A stretch of 41,731 nt of DNA from Burkholderiales bacterium (lineage in GTDB: Bacteria > Pseudomonadota > Gammaproteobacteria > Burkholderiales > SG8-41). Shown in pieces: positions 28,355-35,800 of this stretch (position 1 is the first letter of the stretch; each line of letters opens with the position of its first letter). Location of the stretch: positions 1 through 41,731 of the forward strand of contig JBBKXO010000152.1 in NCBI GenBank assembly GCA_037969525.1, in the 5' to 3' direction. A program made the translations under genes and the position numbers. The notes below the pieces were generated by a model that did no database searches, had not been told where the DNA came from, and was given only the letters and a program-made list of their open reading frames with translations.

Positions 28355-29347
28355 TCAGCCCTGTTCGTTCTGCATGGCCTTGCCGCGGGCATAGAGCTGC
28401 AGGTTGCCGTTAAACACCTGGGCGGCGCGGCCGTCGTTGCCGCCAGAGGCCGATGCATTGTGCGGGGACACGATCACATTGGGAATATCCCACAGCGGCG
28501 AATCGGCAGGCAGCGGCTCTTTTTCAAACACATCGAGATAGGCACCGGCAATCTGCTTGTTCTGCAACGCCGCGATCAGCGCCTTTTCATCAGCCACCGC
28601 GCCGCGCGCGACATTGATGACATACGCGTGCTTCGGCATCAGCGCCAGCGTCTTGGCGTTGACCAGTTGATGCGTTTCCTTGGTGTACGGACAGGCCAGC
28701 ACCAGCCAGTCGCAGCGCGGCAGCAATTCCGGCAGCTTGTCCAGTGTGTGCATCTCGTCCACCGGGTCGCCGTCCCGCTGCGGACTGCGCCGCAGGCCGA
28801 TTACTTTCATGTCCATGGCCTGACAGAAGCGTGCAACCGTGGCGCCGATGGTACCGAGACCGACAACGATCACCGTCTGGCCGCGCAAATCGCGCGGCGT
28901 ATCCTTGCCCCGGGCCGGATCCCAGCGCCGTTCGCGCTGGCCCGCTATCCAGCGCGGAAAACCGCGCGCCAGCATCAGCAGGCCGCAGATCGCCGTCTGC
29001 CCGACGGGTTCGCCATTGGTTCCGGCCGACGTGGTCAGCCGCACCTTGCGCTCATGCAGCGCTGGCAGGAACGGGTGCTGATCAATACCGGTGCTGGTGA
29101 AATGCACCCATTTCAAATTGGGCGCCACTTTCAGGGTGTCGCCAAAGCTGTGATAGTGGTCCGAGAAGCGGATATCGCGGGTCAGATAGGCGGCTTCGAT
29201 TTTCGCGATTTCCGATGCCGGCAGCCGCTGCTTCGCGTCGTCAGGCAGATGAATGATCTGCGCCACCACACCCGCCGCATTCGCCGCGGCTTCCAGTTCG
29301 GCACCGAACTGCGCAACAAATCCCTTCGACAGCAATATACCGGTCAT
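28355..29347 (-). CDS. D-isomer-specific 2-hydroxyacid dehydrogenase family protein
   Basis: 330 aa with an NAD motif VVGLGTIGATVA and catalytic R...E...H arrangement (NVARG..., SPHNA). Confidence 0.8.
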   Translation of the reverse strand: MTGILLSKGFVAQFGAELEAAANAAGVVAQIIHLPDDAKQRLPASEIAKIEAAYLTRDIRFSDHYHSFGDTLKVAPNLKWVHFTSTGIDQHPFLPALHERKVRLTTSAGTNGEPVGQTAICGLLMLARGFPRWIAGQRERRWDPARGKDTPRDLRGQTVIVVGLGTIGATVARFCQAMDMKVIGLRRSPQRDGDPVDEMHTLDKLPELLPRCDWLVLACPYTKETHQLVNAKTLALMPKHAYVINVARGAVADEKALIAALQNKQIAGAYLDVFEKEPLPADSPLWDIPNVIVSPHNASASGGNDGRAAQVFNGNLQLYARGKAMQNEQG

Positions 29348-29389
29348 CCCCCTGCCCTTTCCTGCAAAGTGTTACTTCGAAAGTTGAGG

Positions 29390-30298
29390 TCAGTTCTTGT
29401 CCCGCTTGAACAATGCGTCGAGCTTCTGCTCGTAGGAGTGGTAATCCAGATAATCGTAAAGATCATCACGCGATTGCATCAGATCAACCACGTTTTTCTG
29501 GTGACCATCCTTGCGGATCGCTTCATACACGCGCAGCGCGGCGGCATTGGCAGCGCGCCACGCCGACAGCGGATACAGCGCCATCGCGACATTCGCGCTG
29601 GCCAGTTCCTTGACTGAAAACAGCGGCGTCTGCCCGAATTCCGTGATATTGGCGAGTATCGGCACTTTCACGGCATCGGCAAACTGCTTGTACATCGACA
29701 GTTCGGTGATGGCTTCCGGGAAAATCATGTCGGCGCCGGCCTCCACACAGGCCACGGCACGCTCGACTGCGGCCTCCAGGCCCTCCACCGCCAGCGAATC
29801 GGTACGCGCGATGATGACGAAATTGGCATCGGTCTTGGCGTCAGCCGACGCCTTGATGCGATCGACCATTTCATCCTTGCTGACTATTTCCTTGTTCGGG
29901 CGGTGTCCGCAGCGTTTCTGCATCACCTGATCTTCAATATGCATGGCCGCGGCACCGAACTTGATCAGTGACTTCACGGTGCGTGCGATGTTGAAGGCCC
30001 CGCCAAAACCTGTATCCACATCCACCAGCAGCGGCAGGCTGCTGGCATCGGTAATTCGACGGACATCGGTCAGCACGTCGTCCAGGGTGCTGATAGCCAG
30101 ATCGGGTACCCCCAGCGAACCTGCGGCCACGCCGCCGCCCGACAGGTAAAGCGCCTTGAAGCCGCTACGCTCGGCCAGCCGGGCGTGGTAGGCATTAATG
30201 GCGCCGACAATCTGCAGTGGTTTTTCGGCAGCCATCGCCGCGCGGAAGCGGGCGCCGGCCGATTGCTGTGCTGTAGCTGCGGTGGAAAGACCAGTCAT
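29390..30298 (-). CDS. prpB: 2-Methylisocitrate lyase-like enzyme (PrpB / isocitrate lyase-PEP mutase superfamily)
   Basis: ORF-track 29390..30481 trimmed to the ATG at 30296-30298 (MTGLSTAAT...), which has AGGAG upstream. Motifs [15 protein letters not shown] and [24 protein letters not shown] match the PrpB signature. Confidence 0.7.
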   Translation of the reverse strand: MTGLSTAATAQQSAGARFRAAMAAEKPLQIVGAINAYHARLAERSGFKALYLSGGGVAAGSLGVPDLAISTLDDVLTDVRRITDASSLPLLVDVDTGFGGAFNIARTVKSLIKFGAAAMHIEDQVMQKRCGHRPNKEIVSKDEMVDRIKASADAKTDANFVIIARTDSLAVEGLEAAVERAVACVEAGADMIFPEAITELSMYKQFADAVKVPILANITEFGQTPLFSVKELASANVAMALYPLSAWRAANAAALRVYEAIRKDGHQKNVVDLMQSRDDLYDYLDYHSYEQKLDALFKRDKN

Positions 30299-30566
30299 GG
30301 AAATCACTCCTGTATCGGGTTGGGTGGCAGCCGCGTCACCGGCCGCCGGTATGGGCTGGAATCTGGGGTGCAAGCCGGGATGCAAGGGACAGTGGCCAGG
30401 GACAGGGAGTACACAGCCTACCCCGGGCCTGCTGTCCGATATCTGGACGAAATGGGTTTCCGTACAAAAAATTGCCTGCAAAAAGATAGCACAGGGCAGG
30501 CTATTCCGCTAGGACGGACACAGTGGCATAATCCCAGTTCCCCAGTATCACGATTCGGACTAAGTC

Positions 30567-31376
30567 ATGGCTATGGTAAAAAACTCTGACGACGACTCCG
30601 CGGGCCGGTTGACCGGCACTCAAAGCATAGAGCGCGCGCTGTTGCTGCTGCGCGAGATCGCCGCACACAACCGGGCCGGGTCGCGCCTGCTGGATCTCGC
30701 CACCCGTACCAACCTGCAACGACCCACGGTGCACCGCATGCTGAAATGCCTGGCTTACGAAGGCATGGTGCAGCAGGACTCCGAAACCCACCGTTATTTC
30801 CTCGGCCCGATGGCTTACGAACTCGGTCTGACCGCTGCCCCACGTTTCAATTTGCGCGAAATCTGCCACCCGGCGATGACGCGCATTGCCGATGCCACCG
30901 GCGATACGGTATTCCTCACCCAGCGCAGCGGCCTCGACGCCGTGTGCATAGACCGCCACGAAGGCACCTTCCCGATCAAGACCTTTACCCTGGAAGTCGG
31001 CATGCGCCGCCCGCTGGGCGTAGGCACCGGCAGCCTGGCAATACTGGCTGCGCTGCCCGAGGAAGAGTTTCGCGACATCATAACCAGCAACGAACCGCGG
31101 TTGCAGGAGCACGGCCTCTCGGGTCCCACGCTGATGTCGCAGGCGCGCAAGGCAAATAAACTGGGCTATGCAGTACGCGAAACCCCGTCACTGGCTGGTG
31201 TGCGTTCCATCGGCCAGGTTCTGCGCAATCAGAGCGGCATGCCGTTCGCCGCGCTGTCGATATCAGCCATTTCCAGCCGCATGGCCGATCGCCGCGTGCA
31301 GGAATTGTCGACGATGCTGCGCAACGAGTCGCGGCTGATTGAGCGCCAGATCGCCAACGGCATGGAAATCCGCTAA
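30567..31376 (+). CDS. IclR-family transcriptional regulator
   Basis: 269 aa with an N-terminal winged HTH (SIERALLLLREIA) and a C-terminal IclR effector domain. Confidence 0.85.
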   Translation: MAMVKNSDDDSAGRLTGTQSIERALLLLREIAAHNRAGSRLLDLATRTNLQRPTVHRMLKCLAYEGMVQQDSETHRYFLGPMAYELGLTAAPRFNLREICHPAMTRIADATGDTVFLTQRSGLDAVCIDRHEGTFPIKTFTLEVGMRRPLGVGTGSLAILAALPEEEFRDIITSNEPRLQEHGLSGPTLMSQARKANKLGYAVRETPSLAGVRSIGQVLRNQSGMPFAALSISAISSRMADRRVQELSTMLRNESRLIERQIANGMEIR

Positions 31377-31392
31377 GTGCATTTCGACCAGC

Positions 31393-31402
31393 ACAAATTT
31401 GT
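31393..31402. promoter_or_regulatory. Perfect 10-bp palindrome ACAAATTTGT between iclR and the first CoA-transferase (candidate operator)
   Basis: Read directly; position verified by counting from the iclR stop (31376) and the downstream ATG (31438). Confidence 0.3.
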
Positions 31403-31437
31403 CCTAAAAACCGACATCCAGCCGGATTGACGCGCCC

Positions 31438-32685
31438 ATGGGCGTGTCGCAGCGCAATTACGATACTTCGGCCCGCGGCCCCCTTGACGGCGTACGCATA
31501 GTCGATCTGTCGCGCCTAGTTGCCGGCAACATGCTGACGCAAGTGCTCGGTGATTTCGGCGCCGAAGTCATCAAGATCGAGCCGCCTGCGGGCGACACAC
31601 TGCGAGCATGGAAAGTCGAACAGGTCGATACCAACTGGAAACTGTACGCGCGCAACAAGAAAAGCCTGGGCCTCGAATTGCGCAAACCTGAAGCGCGCGA
31701 ACTGTTGCTGCAACTGGTGGCCAGGGCGGCGGTATTCGTCGAGAGCTTCCGCCCGGGCACGCTGGAATCCATGGGTCTGGGTCCTGACGCGCTGCTGGCG
31801 CGCAACCCGAAACTGGTCATCGTACGCATCTCGGGCTGGGGCCAGGACGGACCTTACAAGCGGCGCCCCGGCTTCGGCACACTGGTTGAAGGCATGTCCG
31901 GTTTCGCGGCGCTGAACGGATTCGAGGACCGGGAACCCGTATTGCCGCCGATGTATCTTGCCGACACTATCGCCGGATTGTACGGCGCGACCGGTGTCAT
32001 GATCGCGCTGCGTGAAGTCGAACAGAATCAAGGCAAGGGACAGGTCATCGACCTGCCGCTGCTTGATCCGCTGTTCGCCGTACTGGGACCCCAGGCCGCC
32101 AATTACCGGCTGACCGGCAGGATCAAGCCGCGCACCGGCAGCCGCTCGACCAACGCCGCGCCGCGCAATGCCTATAAATGCAAGGACGGCAAGTATGTCG
32201 GTCTATCGGCTTCGATCCAGAAAATGGCCGAGCGCGTATTTGAATCCATCGGCCGCCCCGATCTGATCAACAACCCGCGCTATAAAACCAATGCCGACCG
32301 GGTGAGGCATGCTGCCGAACTCGATGCCATCATCGGCGAATTCATCGCGCAGCGCACCCAGGCTGAGAATGTCGCATTCTTCGAAAAAGCCGACGTCACC
32401 ATCGGTCCAATCTACGACATTTCACAGATTGTCGAAGATCCGCATGTACTCGCACGCGAATTGATTGCTGATTACCCCGATCCGGACATGGACGCTTACC
32501 CGATGCACCATGTCGTGCCACGGCTGTCGGGCACGCCGGCGTCGATCCGCACGCCGGCACCGAAAATCGGCGAACACAACGCGGCACTGCTCTCCGAACT
32601 TGGCATTGATGCCGCGGCCTATCAAAAACTGCTGGCGGCGGGCATCGTCTGCGCCGGCGGCACGGCACCCGCCGCCGAAGAATGA
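31438..32685 (+). CDS. Family III (CaiB/BaiF) acyl-CoA transferase
   Basis: 415 aa with GPLDGVRIVDLSRLVAGN and a conserved Asp region (...LADTIAGL...) typical of family III CoA-transferases. Confidence 0.85.
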   Translation: MGVSQRNYDTSARGPLDGVRIVDLSRLVAGNMLTQVLGDFGAEVIKIEPPAGDTLRAWKVEQVDTNWKLYARNKKSLGLELRKPEARELLLQLVARAAVFVESFRPGTLESMGLGPDALLARNPKLVIVRISGWGQDGPYKRRPGFGTLVEGMSGFAALNGFEDREPVLPPMYLADTIAGLYGATGVMIALREVEQNQGKGQVIDLPLLDPLFAVLGPQAANYRLTGRIKPRTGSRSTNAAPRNAYKCKDGKYVGLSASIQKMAERVFESIGRPDLINNPRYKTNADRVRHAAELDAIIGEFIAQRTQAENVAFFEKADVTIGPIYDISQIVEDPHVLARELIADYPDPDMDAYPMHHVVPRLSGTPASIRTPAPKIGEHNAALLSELGIDAAAYQKLLAAGIVCAGGTAPAAEE

Positions 32686-32728
32686 CCGGCGGCCTGCGTT
32701 TTAACCAATCAAACTGAAGGATTACGAC

Positions 32729-33640
32729 ATGTATCGTGAATATCCGGTGTGGCGCTCATTGATGTATGTGCCGGTCAATGTTGAAAAATACGTGGACAAG
32801 GCACACACGCGCGGCGCCGACGTCATCCAGCTGGATATAGAAGACAGCGTGCCGCCGGCCCAGAAAGCCAATGCCCGCAAACTGGTCGAGAAAAATGCGG
32901 CACGCGTGCGCCGCGGCGGCGCCGACGTGGTGGTACGCATCAACCAGCCGCTGTCGATGGCGGTGCGCGATATCGAGCATTCGGTGTGCCCCGACGTCAA
33001 TGGCATCGCCGTCACCAAAGCCTCAGGCGCGGCGCACCTGCAGTTGCTTGACGAACTGGTCAGCGAGCTTGAGCAAAAGCGCGGCATGACGATCGGCCAC
33101 ACCAAATTCATAGTAATGATCGAAACGCCCGAGGCTTTTTTCCAGATTCGTGAAATTACCCAGGCCAGCAGCCGCACCATCGCCTGCAACATTGGCGGCG
33201 AGGACTTCGCGCTCAACAACAACATGCAACCAACCGGTGACGCGCTGTTTTATCCGAAGCAGCACATGGTTTTCGCGGCCAACGCCGCCGGCATCATGCC
33301 TCTGGGTTTTGTTGACAGCGTTGCCACCTTCGGCGACTGGGACAATTTCCGCAAAATGGTGCGCCGTTCCCGCGATTTCGGTTTCATGGGTGCCGGCTGC
33401 ATACACCCCGGGCAGGTCACCATTGTCAACGAGGAATACAAACCCAGTGCTGCCGAAGTCGAGTACGCGCGCAAGGTCATCGCGCTCGACAAGGAGGCTG
33501 CAGCGGCAGGTCGCGCATCCTTCGCGCTCGACGGCAAGATGGTCGATATTCCCATCATCGTGCGCGCCGAGCGCCTGCTCAAACGCTACGCAGCCATCAC
33601 AGCGCGCGAAGCAAAAACCCTGGCAGCAATGCAGGGCTGA
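32729..33640 (+). CDS. HpcH/HpaI-CitE-like acyl-CoA lyase (citramalyl-/malyl-CoA lyase-like)
   Basis: 303 aa with RSLMYVPVN..., DLEDS-like IQLDIEDSV and a CitE-like C-terminal half. The start could be the internal Met at 32762. Confidence 0.8.
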   Translation: MYREYPVWRSLMYVPVNVEKYVDKAHTRGADVIQLDIEDSVPPAQKANARKLVEKNAARVRRGGADVVVRINQPLSMAVRDIEHSVCPDVNGIAVTKASGAAHLQLLDELVSELEQKRGMTIGHTKFIVMIETPEAFFQIREITQASSRTIACNIGGEDFALNNNMQPTGDALFYPKQHMVFAANAAGIMPLGFVDSVATFGDWDNFRKMVRRSRDFGFMGAGCIHPGQVTIVNEEYKPSAAEVEYARKVIALDKEAAAAGRASFALDGKMVDIPIIVRAERLLKRYAAITAREAKTLAAMQG

Positions 33641-33746
33641 TAATTAAATCCTATAAATCAACGTGTTACGATTATCATCCGTCATCGCTTCAGCGTCCCC
33701 GCCAACATTGATTTGTTGATCGCTTTGCAATTTAATCAAACCTTCC

Positions 33747-34598
33747 ATGCGTAACGTCTCCACCACCAGCATCACCCAGGCCGTCGTGCATTCGTTCAAC
33801 GGCGCTACCGATCCGCGTTTCAAGCACTTGATCGAGCGGCTGACACATCACCTGCATGCCTTCGCCCGCGAGGTGAAGCTGACACCTGAAGAATGGAAGG
33901 CCGGCATCGATTTTCTCTACCATGCCGGCAAGATTTCGGATGAAGCGCGCAACGAATTCATTTTGACCTCCGACGTGCTTGGCCTGTCATCACTGGTCGA
34001 TCTGCTGCAAAGTGGCGCCGGCGGCACAGAGCGTAGTGCGCTGGGGCCATTTCACGCCGACGGATCACCTACCCTCGCAGTTGGCACCGACATCAAGCGT
34101 GACAATGATGGTGAACCCATGCTTGTCAGCGGTTGCGTGCTCGACGCTGATGGCCATGCAGTCGCCGGAGCGCAACTCGATTTCTGGCAGGCCGCGGTCA
34201 ATGGCCTGTACTGGCAGCAGGATCCGCAGCAGGACAAAAACAACCTGCGTTTCCGCATGATCACGGGGGCAGACGGTTACTACGCCTTTACCACGATCCG
34301 GCCCGCTTCTTATACCGTGCCTTATGACGGCCCGGTCGGAGACCTTCTCCGCGCCGGCGGCCGCCATGCATGGCGCCCCGCGCATTTCCATTTCATCGTC
34401 AGCGCCACCAACCATCAACCGCTGACTACTGAAGTATTTTTTGCCGATGATCCTTATATCGACGCCGATGCCGTATTCGGAGTACGCGAGTCACTGCTGG
34501 TCAATACACGCAGCAATACGGACAGTGCGCTGGCGCAACGCCATCGGCTGACCGTGCCCTTTCATAGCGTGGAGTTCGACTTCCGCTTGAGCCGCTAG
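33747..34598 (+). CDS. Intradiol ring-cleavage dioxygenase (hydroxyquinol/catechol 1,2-dioxygenase family)
   Basis: 283 aa with an N-terminal helical dimerisation region, candidate Tyr ligands in GLYWQQ and ASYTVPY, and a His pair in RPAHFHF. Confidence 0.85.
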   Translation: MRNVSTTSITQAVVHSFNGATDPRFKHLIERLTHHLHAFAREVKLTPEEWKAGIDFLYHAGKISDEARNEFILTSDVLGLSSLVDLLQSGAGGTERSALGPFHADGSPTLAVGTDIKRDNDGEPMLVSGCVLDADGHAVAGAQLDFWQAAVNGLYWQQDPQQDKNNLRFRMITGADGYYAFTTIRPASYTVPYDGPVGDLLRAGGRHAWRPAHFHFIVSATNHQPLTTEVFFADDPYIDADAVFGVRESLLVNTRSNTDSALAQRHRLTVPFHSVEFDFRLSR

Positions 34599-34651
34599 GG
34601 CCCGCCTTAGAATCGAGCAGATCCCACAGCAACAACCGAGGTAATTCACGC

Positions 34652-35503
34652 ATGCCTGCAGATCTTGAATCCCTGAAGCAATGGATTGGACGCACTGAAT
34701 CGGCGATCGACTATGTCACTGTACCCGCCGTAGACCGGTTGTCGGCGACGCTTGATCGTGATGACGCTTTCCCCAAAATGGGCGATCGGTTGCCCGTTGG
34801 CTGGCACGCCATACTGTTCCCGCGTATCGTGCGTCACTCGCAGATCGGTCCCGACGGCCATCCGCTGCGCGGGGATTTCCTGCCGCCGGTGCCACTGCCC
34901 CGCCGCATGTTCGCCGGCAAACGCACGACATTCATTTCTGACTTGCTCGTCGGCGATGAAGTACATCGCGAATCGGTAATCCAGAATGTCACCATCAAGG
35001 ACGGACGCAGTGGACGCATGGTCTTCGTCACCGTCAAAACCGACATCAAAAGCCCGCGCGGCATTGCAATCACCGAAGAGCAGGACATCGTCTACCGCGG
35101 CGAACCTGATAAAAACGCGCCGCCTCCTGCACCGCAACCGGCGCCGGGCAAGGCGGTGTGGTCACACCAGGTCACACCCGATCCGGTGCTGCTGTTCCGC
35201 TATTCGGCACTGACTTTCAACGGCCACCGCATTCATTACGACAAGCCCTATGTCACCGGCACCGAAGGCTATCCGGATCTGATCATGAACGGCGGGCTGA
35301 CGACGCTGCTGACTTACGAACTCGCTCGCAGCCACGGCTCCACGCCGATCAAGTACATGTCTTCGCGCAACGTGCGCGCGCTGTTCGTCAACCGCACCAT
35401 CACTTTCTGCGGCGAACCCAGCGCCGACAACAAGACGGCGAAACTGTGGGCGCAGGATGACACCGGCGCCGTGGCGCTATCTGCAGAAGCGGAGTTTGCC
35501 TAG
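34652..35503 (+). CDS. HTD2/MaoC-N-type hotdog-fold enoyl-CoA hydratase (mesaconyl-C4-CoA / itaconyl-CoA hydratase-like)
   Basis: 283 aa with a C-terminal motif FNGHRIHYDKPYVTGTEGYPDLIMNGGL that I associate with the Meh/HTD2 group. GAGG lies upstream of the ATG. Confidence 0.6.
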   Translation: MPADLESLKQWIGRTESAIDYVTVPAVDRLSATLDRDDAFPKMGDRLPVGWHAILFPRIVRHSQIGPDGHPLRGDFLPPVPLPRRMFAGKRTTFISDLLVGDEVHRESVIQNVTIKDGRSGRMVFVTVKTDIKSPRGIAITEEQDIVYRGEPDKNAPPPAPQPAPGKAVWSHQVTPDPVLLFRYSALTFNGHRIHYDKPYVTGTEGYPDLIMNGGLTTLLTYELARSHGSTPIKYMSSRNVRALFVNRTITFCGEPSADNKTAKLWAQDDTGAVALSAEAEFA

Positions 35504-35799
35504 AGCACCCGACAGGTTAAAACACGCGTGCGCTATCACGATTTTGGTTCAGGGCAAGGCGCGGCCCGCAGCAAATATCGAGAATATTCGCAAGGGGCGC
35601 AACGCGGCCTTGGACCAAAATCGTGATCGCCCTTTTTAAAGGATATGAGAAATGAATGATGCTTTTGGGGTTGCGGCCAGAACCGGCGCTGACTTTGTCG
35701 GCCGGCTTGCCCATATTCGCGATATGACCCGCGCCATCCTTCGCGTCAGCGCCGATTCTGACTCGCAACGCACACGCGTTTTATCCTGTCGGGTGCTCT
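35502..35799. repeat. 298-bp nested inverted-repeat element (outer 31-bp arms plus two internal long hairpin modules); MITE-like repeat or structured intercistronic RNA
   Basis: Outer arms 35502-35532 / 35769-35799 are complementary at 28/31 positions, with the first 15 perfect. Module A (35532-35630) has perfect 14-bp arms at 35535-35548 / 35614-35627. Module B arms 35678-35693 / 35745-35760 match at 15/16. Coordinates cross-checked against flanking ORF frames. Function unknown. Confidence 0.8.
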
Positions 35800-35800
35800 G

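Noticed and set aside
28331-29617. 428-aa plus-strand ORF
   Set aside because: Antisense to the 2-hydroxyacid dehydrogenase and prpB-like genes. Arg-rich shadow ORF.
30385-30405. Direct repeat AGGGACAG x2 (13-bp period) and nearby TGCAAG x2 in the prpB-iclR intergenic region
   Set aside because: The repeats are short and G-rich in GC-rich DNA, with no symmetry expected of an IclR operator. The evidence is insufficient for a regulatory call.
30299-30481. N-terminal 61 codons of ORF 29390..30481
   Set aside because: The extension is Pro/Gly/Cys-rich and not conserved-looking. The internal ATG at 30298 has an AGGAG RBS and gives a normal-length PrpB-like protein. The same reasoning was applied to the aroQ (3735-3797) and prfA (26769-26789) extensions.
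33642-33737. Short AT-only inverted repeats (AATTAAAT/ATTTAATC; AAATCAACG/CATTGATTT) flanking the citE-dioxygenase spacer, superficially mimicking the architecture of the 35502-35799 element
   Set aside because: The arms are only 7-9 bp, imperfect, asymmetric in spacing and composed almost solely of A/T in an AT-rich spacer. Chance occurrence is plausible, so I do not call a structured element.
35457-35768. Two small ORFs (35457..35639 plus, 35517..35768 minus) giving similar peptides (ITILVQG...)
   Set aside because: The similarity of the two translations is a direct consequence of the palindromic DNA of hairpin module A. There is no RBS or protein-like composition. I treat them as artefacts of the repeat element.
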